36,477 nt of DNA, taken from Aquificota bacterium. GTDB taxonomy: Bacteria > Aquificota > Aquificia > Aquificales > QOAS01. Positions within the stretch are counted from its first letter, which is position 1. The number at the start of each line of letters is the position of its first letter. Location: the NCBI GenBank assembly GCA_026987085.1, contig JALSNH010000145.1, positions 1 to 36,477 of the forward strand, written 5' to 3'. This document shows, piece after piece, positions 24,130 to 34,282 of this stretch. The notes beneath the pieces are model-generated. The model had not been told where the DNA came from. It worked only from the letters and a program-made list of their open reading frames with translations, and did no database searches. A program made the position numbers and the translations under genes.

Positions 24130-25565
24130 CCTCCAATACGGTGGAAAGCCGCTATAGCGGCAGCTATTGCTAAAACCTTGTCTTCTATAGGTTTCTCCTC
24201 TTCCAGTTTGAATTTTGGAAGTTTTTCGTCCAGATATTTGGTTGTAAATTTACCCGCTTCAAAATCGGCGTCATTTACTATCGCTTTATGAAGAGGAATA
24301 TTTGTAGGAACACCACGAACTATAAATTCCTCTAAAGCCCTCCGCGCCCTTCTGACCGCTTTCTCCCATGTGCGACCCCTTACTATAAGCTTGGCTATCA
24401 TTGAGTCGTAATAGGGTGGAATGATATAGCCTTTGTAAACCGCTCCGTCTATACGGACGCCCGGTCCTCCGGGTGAGTAGTAGGCAGTGATCTTACCCGG
24501 AGAAGGGGCAAAGTTTCTCTTAGGGTCTTCAGCATTTATACGGAACTCTATAGCATAGCCCCTAAAAAGTATTTCATGTTGTAAAAATGGCAGCGGTTCA
24601 CCTTCGGCTATTTTTATCATTAACTCAACAATATCGACACCGGTAATTTCCTCGGTAATGGTATGCTCAACTTGAAGACGGGTATTCATTTCAATGAAAT
24701 AGAAGTTTCCGTGCTTATCTACCAAATATTCAATAGTTCCGACGTTTTCATATCCAATTTTTTGGATAGCCTTCACTGAAAGACCCAAAAGTTTTTGTCG
24801 AACATCCCAAGGTAGAGAAGGGGACGGGGCAACCTCAACAATTTTTTGATGTCTTCGTTGTATGGAACAATCCCTTTCACCTAAATGTATGACGTTTCCA
24901 TATTTATCGGCAACTATTTGAACCTCAATATGTTTAGGGTCTTCTATAAATTTTTCGATAAAGAGATCACCTTTTCCGAAAAAGGTTTCCGCTTCTTTGT
25001 AAGCCTGGGGAAATTGCTCAATAAGTTCTTTTTCATTCCAACATACTCTTACCCCTCTTCCTCCTCCACCGTAGGCCGCTTTTAAAATTACCGGATAACC
25101 TATATCCTTTGCTATCTTCTTTGCTTCATCTATATCATGAATCGGTTCAGCTACACCAGGAACTACCGGAAGGCCGGCTTTTTCCATAGTTTTTTTAGCC
25201 TGAACCTTATCTCCAAAAAGCCTTATATGTTCAGGCTTTGGTCCAACAAAAATTAATCCCTTTTTAATTACGTATTCTGCAAAGTTAGGATTTTCCGCTA
25301 AGAAACCGTATCCGGGATGGATAGCATCTGCACCCGCGTAGCGGGCTATATCCACTATTTTGTGATAGTCAAGATAGGCCCTTATAGGGTCTCCGGGAAT
25401 AAGGTAAGCTTCGTCAGCTTTTTTAACATAAAGGGCGTTTGCATCGGCTTCGGAATAAATAGCTATCGTTTTTATACCAAGTTCTTTACAAGCTCTTATT
25501 ATTCTTGTAGCAACTTCTCCTCTATTGGCAATAAGGAGTTTTTTTATTTTTCTCTCTTTTTCCAT
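24126..25565 (-). CDS. pycA: Biotin carboxylase, most likely pyruvate carboxylase subunit A (AccC-like)
   Basis: ANRGE, IHPGYGFLAEN, GGGGRG, ERDCSIQRRHQK, EMNTRLQVEH, RINAEDP. The C-terminal AIAAAIAAFH tail is typical of two-subunit Pyc A chains. Confidence 0.8.
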   Translation of the reverse strand: MEKERKIKKLLIANRGEVATRIIRACKELGIKTIAIYSEADANALYVKKADEAYLIPGDPIRAYLDYHKIVDIARYAGADAIHPGYGFLAENPNFAEYVIKKGLIFVGPKPEHIRLFGDKVQAKKTMEKAGLPVVPGVAEPIHDIDEAKKIAKDIGYPVILKAAYGGGGRGVRVCWNEKELIEQFPQAYKEAETFFGKGDLFIEKFIEDPKHIEVQIVADKYGNVIHLGERDCSIQRRHQKIVEVAPSPSLPWDVRQKLLGLSVKAIQKIGYENVGTIEYLVDKHGNFYFIEMNTRLQVEHTITEEITGVDIVELMIKIAEGEPLPFLQHEILFRGYAIEFRINAEDPKRNFAPSPGKITAYYSPGGPGVRIDGAVYKGYIIPPYYDSMIAKLIVRGRTWEKAVRRARRALEEFIVRGVPTNIPLHKAIVNDADFEAGKFTTKYLDEKLPKFKLEEEKPIEDKVLAIAAAIAAFHRIGG

Positions 25566-25750
25566 TAAAGAACCTCCTTCTTATGTTTTTTTCCTTTTAA
25601 AGGAATCGGTATTAGTCAGTTCCACCGCAGGTGGATTTTTCTCCCCGGCTATTTGTTTAAGTTTAATTAACAAAATTAGGAAAAACCTAATTTCCTTATT
25701 TTAAAGATTCATTTTTAAAAATTTGTTATTCGAAGGACAATTCCCACCTT

Positions 25751-27190
25751 ATGAAAATTCTCCTTTTAGGGTTGGGTCGGTTCGGTAGAAAAATAGCTGA
25801 ACGCTTACTTAACTACGGGCACGAGCTTTTAATAGTGGAAAACGATCCCTTTGTAGTTTTTGAATTTTCCAAAAATGTAAAGGGAAATTATAAGGTTTGT
25901 GTAGGAGATGCGACCTCACTGTTGATATGGGAATACCTTCCTCTTAAAGAGATTGATTTAATAATTTCCTCCCTCAGGAGCGGCGAATTTAATAAAACTA
26001 TTTGTTCCATAATTAGGGAGATTTTTAAACTTTACGAACTTCCGGTAATTGTTCTATCTTCCAATAATAGTTATGAAAAGGTTTTTTCGAACTTTAATTG
26101 CAAAACTATATATCTTCCTGAACTAATAGCTTCCTTTATAGAAGGTTTAACTTTGAAAAATATTGTTAAACCTGTCGGTATCGGTTTAGGAAAAAATGAG
26201 ATTTTAGAGGTTATTGTTTCTGCAAAGAGTCCTTATACACGGGTGCCGATAAATATTAGAAGACTCCGCCACTGGAATATAGCCCTTATTTATAGAAAAG
26301 ATAAAATCCTTTTACCGAAAGGGAGAATTTTATTAAAACCGGGAGATAGGGTTATTTTGACAGGCGATGACCCAAGGGTTGTTCTAGAAGTTGCAAAAGC
26401 TATGGCCTTTGGAGAACCGCAATTTCCGCTAAGCTTTGGAGAGAACCTTTTAACGGTTCTTAAAAAAAGAGACCTCCATTATTTGAAGGAGTTTTACTAT
26501 ATCTGGAAACATACACGGGTAAAAAACATAGTTCTATTTACCTCGGATGAGGTTCAAAATGAACTCCCAAAGGTGGTAAGCGATAGGTCTTTTTTAAATA
26601 GCCTTCAAGTGGAAAAAGGAACGAATTACAACATAATCTTTGATAGAAACTTGCATTCCCACCATTCGGCGGGTTTGGTATCAATTCCTTACAAAAAGAG
26701 GTTTTTATTTTTTAGAAATGTAAACCTTAAAAGGTTCTTCAATCAGGAGATTCCCTTTTTGATACCCCGTTTAAGTTTCCCCTACAGGAAAGTTTTGGTT
26801 TCTTTGAATAACCAATATCCCGCCGGTATTATTGAACAGGTTTTTGAAATTTACCAGCTTTTTCAGGTCGAAAAATTAACCTTCATCTATGTCGGTTTTC
26901 CCAATGTTTTAGCTTCTTCTAAAGATAAGAGGAATTTGGAAAAAGCACTACTACTTATAGAGGAGTACGCAAAACTATATAATGCAAAAGAAAAGATAGA
27001 AATCCTTCAAATGGAAGGAAATCCAAAAAAGAAAACCTTGGAAAGGCTTAAAGATTATGATCTATTGGTAGTAGGTTTTGAGAAAAAAAAGATAGGTTTT
27101 TTTGAACCTTACGCACCTTATCTACTTGTAAAAGAAAGTAGAAAATCTGTTTTAGGAATTCCCGCGGAGCGGGCGGAGGTAGAAAGTTAA
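25751..27190 (+). CDS. TrkA/RCK-N + RCK-C protein with USP-like C-terminal region
   Basis: GLGRFG Rossmann motif, GDAT, LKPGDRVILTG. The C-terminal LLVVG...SRKSVLGIP resembles universal stress protein ends. Confidence 0.75.
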   Translation: MKILLLGLGRFGRKIAERLLNYGHELLIVENDPFVVFEFSKNVKGNYKVCVGDATSLLIWEYLPLKEIDLIISSLRSGEFNKTICSIIREIFKLYELPVIVLSSNNSYEKVFSNFNCKTIYLPELIASFIEGLTLKNIVKPVGIGLGKNEILEVIVSAKSPYTRVPINIRRLRHWNIALIYRKDKILLPKGRILLKPGDRVILTGDDPRVVLEVAKAMAFGEPQFPLSFGENLLTVLKKRDLHYLKEFYYIWKHTRVKNIVLFTSDEVQNELPKVVSDRSFLNSLQVEKGTNYNIIFDRNLHSHHSAGLVSIPYKKRFLFFRNVNLKRFFNQEIPFLIPRLSFPYRKVLVSLNNQYPAGIIEQVFEIYQLFQVEKLTFIYVGFPNVLASSKDKRNLEKALLLIEEYAKLYNAKEKIEILQMEGNPKKKTLERLKDYDLLVVGFEKKKIGFFEPYAPYLLVKESRKSVLGIPAERAEVES

Positions 27191-28362
27191 TGGAAAAGCA
27201 TATTTTGACCTTGATTTTCATAACCCTTGGGATTTTTGTTATTCCATTTATTGCACCGATTGTTAGATTACCAGTTGCGGTTGGCGAACTAATTTACGGC
27301 GTTTTTCTATTTTATTTTTTAAAAAAAATTCATCTTTTTGAAGAAACTTTTCAATTAATAGATTTCCTTTCCTTTCTCGGCTTTTCCCTACTAATGTTTC
27401 TTGCGGGTTTGGAAATTGACTGGAATAAGCTAGAAGTCCTTGAAAGAAAGGAAAAAGTTGTAATATCGGCTGTCGTTGTAAGCAACTTTTTAATATCCTT
27501 TTTGGTAGCGCTGGCTTTAAACCTTCCATTGGAAACTGTCCTTCTTTTCGGAAGTTTGGGAATAGGACTTATGCTTTCGGTGGTTCGGGAAATGGAGATA
27601 CCTCCAAAAGTTTTACAGACCATTCTTATCACTGGAAGCTTGGGTGAAATAACAACCCTTTTAGGTTTGACCCTTTACGATCTTTACCTATCTTTTGGTT
27701 TTGGAAAAAAGTTTTTCACCTATATAGGTTTAATAGTGTTGTTTGGTGTTTTCTTTGTGTTTTTATTAAAGTTTTTGAAACTCCTGGTTTGGTATTTTCC
27801 CGAAAAAATAGCTGCACTTATAGAGGGAGAAAATAAAGCGGCGGTCGATATAAGGGCGATATTCGCCCTAATGCTCACATTTATGGCTTTTACATCTATT
27901 CTTCATATAGAACCTATTTTGGGAGCCTTTATAGCGGGAGTTCTATTCGGTTTTATCTTTCGTGAAAAGGAGTCGGTAGAACATAAATTGACAGCTTTCG
28001 GATACGGTTTTTTGATTCCCTTTTTCTTTATTCAGGTAGGTTTCTCATTTCAGCCATCCTATCTGACCGATGTGGCCATTTTAAAAACAGCTTTTCTATT
28101 TTTGGTTATTCTCTTTGGTGTAAAGCTTGTTTCATCTTTTTGGCTGTTTTTTCTCGGTTTTTCATTCCGACAGGTTATTATGTCTGCCTTTCTTTTCTCC
28201 TTTCCATTTACGATACTTATAGCAGTTGCAAAAATCTTATACGAAAAAGGTGTTTGGAACGATTTTCAGCTGGCTTCTACAATACTTTTGACGGTCATAT
28301 CTGCAATAATTTTTCCTCCATTTTCTAAGGTTTTTTTAAAGGAAGAAAGGGAGAACCCTTAA
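27190..28362 (+). CDS. CPA2-family cation:proton antiporter
   Basis: Highly hydrophobic; LMFLAGLEID, ILGAFIAG, GFLIPFFFIQVG; start overlaps the upstream stop. Confidence 0.9.
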   Translation: MEKHILTLIFITLGIFVIPFIAPIVRLPVAVGELIYGVFLFYFLKKIHLFEETFQLIDFLSFLGFSLLMFLAGLEIDWNKLEVLERKEKVVISAVVVSNFLISFLVALALNLPLETVLLFGSLGIGLMLSVVREMEIPPKVLQTILITGSLGEITTLLGLTLYDLYLSFGFGKKFFTYIGLIVLFGVFFVFLLKFLKLLVWYFPEKIAALIEGENKAAVDIRAIFALMLTFMAFTSILHIEPILGAFIAGVLFGFIFREKESVEHKLTAFGYGFLIPFFFIQVGFSFQPSYLTDVAILKTAFLFLVILFGVKLVSSFWLFFLGFSFRQVIMSAFLFSFPFTILIAVAKILYEKGVWNDFQLASTILLTVISAIIFPPFSKVFLKEERENP

Positions 28363-29681
28363 AAGGTTTCCTCTTCCTCAATACCAACCTTTTCGAGTAT
28401 ATTCACACTCTCTATATGGGCTGTTTGGGGAAATAGGTCTATAACGTAAGCTTTTTTATAGTTGTATATACCCCAGCGGAGAATTCTTGCCAAATCCCTT
28501 GCTAGAGTGGAAGGATTGCACGACACGTAAATAATTCGGTCGGGTGCCAATTCCTTTAAAACTTCAAGATCTCTCTTATCCAGTCCCGACCTAGGGGGGT
28601 CGAAAATAACTGTATCGATTTCCTTATCAAGGTATTTTTTCATATGCTGGGAAGGTGTTGACCTTAGAAATCCAACATTAGGTCTGTCGTTTACTTTGGC
28701 GTTGTATTCGGCATCCAATATTGCAAAGCCGTTCATATCGCTTCCTTCTACAAAGAAGGCCTTTTCCGAAAAGGGAATGGTAAAAAACCCAATACCGCAA
28801 AAGGTATCTAAACTAAAACCGCTTTTCTCTTGGGGAACCACAAGTTCGATAAATTTATCCCACAGCAGGTAGTTGTTTTGAACGAAACTCTCGGCGGAAA
28901 CTCTATAGTTAAAACCTTTTGCGGTTATAAAGGTGTAATCCCTACCGTAGAAGGTTTCCCTCACCAGTTCCCTACCAAACCTTTTGTAGGAACCCAAACC
29001 TACAACAAACTCCGGAAGGTAATTTTTCTTTATTTCTTCCAGCTGGCTTTCGGAAAGAATGTGCTCCCCTACAAGTTTCAAAAGGGCCTCATTCCTATTT
29101 GGAGAATAGGTTATATGTATCTCCCTTAAGGAGGGATACTTCAAGGAAACCTTTTTTAGGTGAGGTATTAATTCGTTAATTCTCGGATGTAAGATTGGAC
29201 AGGTTTCTATATCAACGATGTCTCCATAACCTTTTATTTCCCTTAAAGTTTCATCTTCAACAAACCCAAGCTTTCCGCTACCGTCGACGTGAAATTGGGC
29301 TCTAATTCTGTAGCCGTAAGGTTCCGGTGATGGAATAGCCTCTATTGGAGGCAAATCTTTTATTTTTCCCACTCTTTGAAGTTGTTCCTTAAATATTTCT
29401 ACCTTCTGTTTTAACTGTTCCTTATAATCCAGATGTTGGAGTTGGCAACCTCCACACACCCCATAGTGGGGACATGCAGGTTCAACCCTTGCGGAGGAAG
29501 GAATTATTACCTTTAAAAGTTTTCCCTCACCATAATCCTTTTTCTCCTTAATAACCTCTATTTGGACAATTTCGTTGGGAGCGGTGTACTTAACAAAGTA
29601 AACCTTATTTTGATGTCTGCCCAAACCTTTTCCACCGGAAACCAGCTTATCAATCTTTAATTCCAGTTTTTTCTTTTCCAT
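28359..29681 (-). CDS. rlmD: 23S rRNA m5U methyltransferase (RlmD/RumA family)
   Basis: TRAM domain, CPHYGVCGGCQLQH...C Fe-S motif, SFVQ, DPPRSG, YVSCNPSTLARD, DLFPQTAHIE. Confidence 0.92.
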   Translation of the reverse strand: MEKKKLELKIDKLVSGGKGLGRHQNKVYFVKYTAPNEIVQIEVIKEKKDYGEGKLLKVIIPSSARVEPACPHYGVCGGCQLQHLDYKEQLKQKVEIFKEQLQRVGKIKDLPPIEAIPSPEPYGYRIRAQFHVDGSGKLGFVEDETLREIKGYGDIVDIETCPILHPRINELIPHLKKVSLKYPSLREIHITYSPNRNEALLKLVGEHILSESQLEEIKKNYLPEFVVGLGSYKRFGRELVRETFYGRDYTFITAKGFNYRVSAESFVQNNYLLWDKFIELVVPQEKSGFSLDTFCGIGFFTIPFSEKAFFVEGSDMNGFAILDAEYNAKVNDRPNVGFLRSTPSQHMKKYLDKEIDTVIFDPPRSGLDKRDLEVLKELAPDRIIYVSCNPSTLARDLARILRWGIYNYKKAYVIDLFPQTAHIESVNILEKVGIEEEETF

Positions 29682-29728
29682 GTTTTTAAAGAGGATAGAG
29701 TTTCTATAGAGAAAAGAAAATTGTAGAT

Positions 29729-30220
29729 CTAACTATTTTTATTTACAAAGGTTTTTATAAAGTTCTCTATCTGCTCCCTATTACCAACCGCTATTAAAAT
29801 ATCTCCCGGTTGGAATTTAAAGTTTCTTGGGTCCGGTGCGGGTATAAGCTCGTTGTTTCTAACAACGCCTATAACTATTACGCCCGTTCTTTTCCTTACA
29901 TCGGCCTCCGCAAGAGTTTTCCCAACAAGCTCGCTGTCTTGTGGAAGCTCTACCCACTCCATAACCATCTGCTTGAGAAGGAGCTCCATCTTGTCGCCCG
30001 CAACCGGTTGGTAAAAGGCCCCCGCTAAGACCATACCCATTTCCCTAGCCTCTTGGTCGTTCAGCATAACGGTGCATTCAACATCTCCATCTTCATCGAG
30101 GACATAAATCTCCCTTTTACCCGAATGGTGGATAATTACCGAAACAATTTGACCACTGGAGAGTTTTATAGAAAACCTTTTACCTATACCGGGAAGTTCG
30201 GTCTGCTTAAAGAATTCCAT
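29729..30220 (-). CDS. KhtT-like cation:proton antiporter regulatory subunit (RCK-C)
   Basis: ELPGIGKRF, H.SGKRE, VRKRTGV.VIGV, GDILIAVG; ATG start at 30220. Confidence 0.85.
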   Translation of the reverse strand: MEFFKQTELPGIGKRFSIKLSSGQIVSVIIHHSGKREIYVLDEDGDVECTVMLNDQEAREMGMVLAGAFYQPVAGDKMELLLKQMVMEWVELPQDSELVGKTLAEADVRKRTGVIVIGVVRNNELIPAPDPRNFKFQPGDILIAVGNREQIENFIKTFVNKNS

Positions 30221-30270
30221 TAGATGGAAATATATCAATCGTAAGATTGAAAAACAAAGGGAGGAAAAGG

Positions 30271-32016
30271 TTAAAAGTTTTCGAGGAAATCCTTTAGGTA
30301 TTTTGCCCTCATAGGATGACGGAGTTTCTTTATAGCTTTATTCTCAATCTGCCTAATCCTTTCACGGGTAACGTTAAACATCTTACCGACCTGCTCGAGG
30401 GTATATTCAACTCCATCATCGTTGAGACCGAAGCGGTAAATAATTACCTCCTTCTCTTTGGGAGAGAGGGTATCGAGAACTTCTAAAATCTTTTGTCGGA
30501 GCATTCTGCGGGCGATAACCTCCTCGGGGTTGGGTATGGAAGTATCTTCGATAAAGTCCTTTAGGTGGGTATCGTCATCGTCCCCTATTGGAGTTTCCAA
30601 AGATATAGGTTCAAGAGCCGCCCTCATTACCTTTCTAACCTTTTCTACCGGCATATTGAGTTCACGGGCAATATCCTCGGGGGTGGCGTTTCTACCTTCC
30701 TCTTGGAAAATCCTTTTGGAGGTTCTAATAATTTTGTTAATCGTCTCTATCATATGGACCGGAATTCTTATTGTTCTGGCTTGGTCCGCTATAGCTCTGG
30801 TAATCGCCTGCCTAATCCACCAGGTGGCGTAGGTTGAAAATTTGAACCCTTTGCGGTAATCGAACTTATCAACCGCCTTCATAAGGCCGATATTTCCTTC
30901 CTGAATGAGGTCCAAAAAGTGAAGTCCCCTATTTACGTACCTTTTAGCTATAGATACCACCAAACGGAGGTTGGATTTAACCATTACCTGTTTGGCATCT
31001 ACAACCCTCTTTCTACCCTTTTGGATAATCTGCATTACCTTTTCCAACTCGCCGGGGAGAACCCCCATTTTATCCTCGAGTAGTTTGACCTCCCTCTTAA
31101 CCTGGTAGTATTCGGCCCTTAGAGTTTCAAATCTCGGCAAAGAATAACCGGCCTCCTTAATCCTTTTTTGGAGCTCGGGGTCGGTTGTATAGTTGGTTAG
31201 GAGGGTATCTATATCCTCGTAGATCGCCTTTAACTTTTTCTCTTTTACCTGAAGCTCCCTAAGTTTTCTTTTGTATTGTTTATAAAGCTTAATAAGTTCG
31301 TCCGCTACCCGTTCAAATTTGGAGTACTTAATCTTCATCTTTTTGAGAATTCGGTTCATTTGGGCGTGCTTTTCCAGATACTCCCGTTTGGTTTCTTCGC
31401 TGGGGAAAGCGTAATAGCGCTCACGGGCTTCGAGAACCTCTTTATAAGCTTTAGCTAGCTCCAGACCCAAATTCATAAACTGTCTTTCGTATTCTTTCAT
31501 TTTCTTGGATACTTCCTTTTCATCCAGTTCGTCCAGCTCGATAAGGTCCATTACCTCATTTATCTTTTTCTTCTTGTTGCAAACGGCCGCCCAATCGTCG
31601 AGAATCTGGTCCACCAAGAAGGAGGTCCTTAAAAGCCCTCTTCTTAAGGTTTTTCTACCGAGCTCAATTTGACGGGCGTAATATACCTCCTGCTCCTTGG
31701 TAAGGAGGGGTATTTTTCCCATTTCCCGTAGGTAGAGCTTTACCGGGTCCTCCTTTTCGTCCCCCGAGAAGGAGGTCGAGGAGATTACTATTTCCTCCCT
31801 CTCTTCCTCCTCTTCGGCTAGTTCCTTTTCAACCTCTTCGCTTATTTCGTCGACAACTTTGATGTTATGCTCCTGAAGGAAATCGAGAACCTCCTCAAAT
31901 TGGTCCGACTCTAAAAAATCCTCACCGAGGGTTTCGTTTATCTCATCGTAAGTTACATAACCCTTCTCCTTACCAAGTTCCAAAAGTTTTTCCAAATCCT
32001 CTTGGTGGATATTCAT
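30271..32016 (-). CDS. rpoD: Primary RNA polymerase sigma factor sigma70
   Basis: Region 1.1 ([13 protein letters not shown]), [48 protein letters not shown] 32016 follows the SD GGGGAGG. Confidence 0.98.
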   Translation of the reverse strand: MNIHQEDLEKLLELGKEKGYVTYDEINETLGEDFLESDQFEEVLDFLQEHNIKVVDEISEEVEKELAEEEEEREEIVISSTSFSGDEKEDPVKLYLREMGKIPLLTKEQEVYYARQIELGRKTLRRGLLRTSFLVDQILDDWAAVCNKKKKINEVMDLIELDELDEKEVSKKMKEYERQFMNLGLELAKAYKEVLEARERYYAFPSEETKREYLEKHAQMNRILKKMKIKYSKFERVADELIKLYKQYKRKLRELQVKEKKLKAIYEDIDTLLTNYTTDPELQKRIKEAGYSLPRFETLRAEYYQVKREVKLLEDKMGVLPGELEKVMQIIQKGRKRVVDAKQVMVKSNLRLVVSIAKRYVNRGLHFLDLIQEGNIGLMKAVDKFDYRKGFKFSTYATWWIRQAITRAIADQARTIRIPVHMIETINKIIRTSKRIFQEEGRNATPEDIARELNMPVEKVRKVMRAALEPISLETPIGDDDDTHLKDFIEDTSIPNPEEVIARRMLRQKILEVLDTLSPKEKEVIIYRFGLNDDGVEYTLEQVGKMFNVTRERIRQIENKAIKKLRHPMRAKYLKDFLENF

Positions 32017-32185
32017 AAACACACCTCCCCCTTAAAAGGTTTTTCGGGGCAATATTTAATTTGCAATTTGGAGGTTGCTAAGTTTTGACCCTCAATGGTA
32101 AAATTGAAAAAAACGAACCTCATTGGGAAGAAATTTCTATTTTAACCTAAAGAATGATGAAAGAAGAAAAAAGACTTTGTTGGCT

Positions 32186-33097
32186 TTAATGGCCTTTGCC
32201 CTTAACCATATCGAGGGCATGTTTTAAAAGACCACCCAAAAGATTTAAGTAGTCGTTAACCGCACCTTTAGAACCGGGTAATACCAAAATTAACTTTTGA
32301 TTAGGTAAAACATAAGCGGATGCGCGTGAAACTAAGGCTTTGGGAGTAAATCGACTTCCCAGGATACGCATAGCTTCACCGAAACCTTTAATTTCCTTTA
32401 TAGCCAATTTGGAAACTGTTTCCGGTGTTATATCTTTAGGGGACAAACCGGTTCCTCCACTTGTAATAACTATTTCAGCTCCTTTATCTATAGCTTCCTT
32501 AATAGCTTTTTCAATAACTTGAGGTTCATCTGGAACAATGGTGTAATAAACCACCTCCGAACCTAACTCTTTGAGCTTCTCTATAGCCAGCTTTCCACTT
32601 TTATCTTCGTAAATACCTTTAGATGCCCTATCCGACACGGTTATAACCGCCGTTTTCAAACCTTCAAGGGTTTCAAAATATTGGCTTTTTCCACCTTTTT
32701 TGGAAAGAAGTTTTATCTCCTCTATAACCATAGAAGAGTCGAAGTTCTTACACATATCGTAGATGTTTAGTAGGGCTACGCTTACTGCCGTAAGAGCCTC
32801 CATTTCATAGCCGGTTCTTGCTATACCTCTAACCTTTGCTTTTATTTCTATGAAATCGATACCTACATTAGTTTCTATTTCAATATGGTCAAATCCGACA
32901 GGATGGCAAAAAGGTAGTAAGAATGGTGTTTGTTTTGCTCCATATATTCCGGCCAATTTAGAAGCTTCCAAACAATTACCCTTAGGTAGAAGGTTATTTT
33001 TTATCTTATCCACGCATTGTGGTGAAAGTTTTATCCGCCCATAAGCGGTTGCCTCTCTCAAGGTTTCCAACTTGTGTGATATATCGACTGTCCTCAT
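32186..33097 (-). CDS. moaCB: Bifunctional molybdenum cofactor biosynthesis protein MoaC-MoaB/MogA fusion
   Basis: LPKG, LLPFCHP, TGYEMEAL, YDMCK, KKGGKS (MoaC); ITVSD, DKSG, GGTGLSPKDITPE, LPGS (MoaB/Mog). Confidence 0.92.
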   Translation of the reverse strand: MRTVDISHKLETLREATAYGRIKLSPQCVDKIKNNLLPKGNCLEASKLAGIYGAKQTPFLLPFCHPVGFDHIEIETNVGIDFIEIKAKVRGIARTGYEMEALTAVSVALLNIYDMCKNFDSSMVIEEIKLLSKKGGKSQYFETLEGLKTAVITVSDRASKGIYEDKSGKLAIEKLKELGSEVVYYTIVPDEPQVIEKAIKEAIDKGAEIVITSGGTGLSPKDITPETVSKLAIKEIKGFGEAMRILGSRFTPKALVSRASAYVLPNQKLILVLPGSKGAVNDYLNLLGGLLKHALDMVKGKGH

Positions 33098-33149
33098 AAC
33101 TTTTAAGGTTCTCACTTTTATAAGGAAACTATAAAGGGAAAATCTCTTA

Positions 33150-33209
33150 GTGAACTACTTCCAAATTATAGATGCGAGGCTTCGGGTGGTTTGCACCTCC
33201 TAACAATAG
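33150..33209 (-). repeat. ~60-bp IS200/IS605-end-like intergenic repeat, copy 2
   Basis: Minus strand ends ...GAAGCCTCGCATCTATAATTTGGAAGTAGTTCAC; aligns with copies 1 and 3. Confidence 0.68.
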
Positions 33210-33242
33210 CACCAACCTTACAGCAGGCGGTTTTGCGAGGTT

Positions 33243-34190
33243 TTAGTCCGTAAATTTTTCTATAAATTCCTTTAAAAGTGCTACAAAGTTCTTGCAACCT
33301 TTTAGGGTCATTAGAGTGGACTTTATTTCCCTGCTCTGTTCAAATCCTTTTATCAGTTGAACCAAAATTGAGCGAATTTCAAAACAAGCCTTTTCAGGAG
33401 AAGGGTAATATTCAAACATCCATTTTAAAATCTGCAAAACGGTTTCCAACCTTTTAGAAAGAGGAACTTTTATATCCTTCTTTAGCCGATATTCGGTAAA
33501 AATCCAAGGGTGTGATAGGGCTTTCCGACCCACCATAACGGCATCCACATCGGTAGTTTCAAACATTTTTTCTATATCACGCCAATTTTTAACATCTCCA
33601 CTGCCTATTATTGGCACTGGAGAAATTTTTTTTAAATCAGCAAGTCGTTTCCAATTTGCAGTTCCGGCATACCCTTGTTTTCCCAATCGTGGATGTAAGG
33701 CTATTGCATCGATACCACCCTCTATGAGGGCTTCCGCAATCTGCTCGAGATTATCTTTTTCCAAACCTAAACGGATTTTAGCGGTTAAGGGTATATCAAA
33801 AGGTTTTAATACCTCTTTTACTTCTTTAGTAATTTCCTTAATCACATTGGGGTTTTCCAAAAGTTTGCCGGCCGCGCCGGTTTTTAAAACTTTGGGAACG
33901 GAACATCCAAAGTTTATATCTATGGCATCGGGTTTGAGTTCCTTAGCAATCTTTAGGGCAGCTTCGGCTATCTCTTGAGGATTTCTTCCAAAAATTTGTA
34001 TGTGGATAGGCCTTTCTTCATTGGTAAAAAAAGCGTATTTTTTAGGAATTCCTCTATGGAGAATTCCAGGGGCACTTATAAGTTCGGTATAGGTACGGTC
34101 GGCCCCTAAACGGCGGGCCAATCTTCTATAAGCGGAATGGGTATAGCCCGCCATAGGTGCCAAAATTACTTCGCCCCGTTTAATAACCAT
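33243..34190 (-). CDS. dus: tRNA-dihydrouridine synthase (DusB-like)
   Basis: LAPMAG, QIFG, IDINFGC, KIRLG, HPR, GDV, VMVGR. Confidence 0.94.
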   Translation of the reverse strand: MVIKRGEVILAPMAGYTHSAYRRLARRLGADRTYTELISAPGILHRGIPKKYAFFTNEERPIHIQIFGRNPQEIAEAALKIAKELKPDAIDINFGCSVPKVLKTGAAGKLLENPNVIKEITKEVKEVLKPFDIPLTAKIRLGLEKDNLEQIAEALIEGGIDAIALHPRLGKQGYAGTANWKRLADLKKISPVPIIGSGDVKNWRDIEKMFETTDVDAVMVGRKALSHPWIFTEYRLKKDIKVPLSKRLETVLQILKWMFEYYPSPEKACFEIRSILVQLIKGFEQSREIKSTLMTLKGCKNFVALLKEFIEKFTD

Positions 34191-34282
34191 CGATACAGTT
34201 TAACAATTAAATATCCAACGTGGTGATGAAATCTACAAAAAATACTGGGCGTCCAATGGAATTATTTCTCAACTAGATTTTT

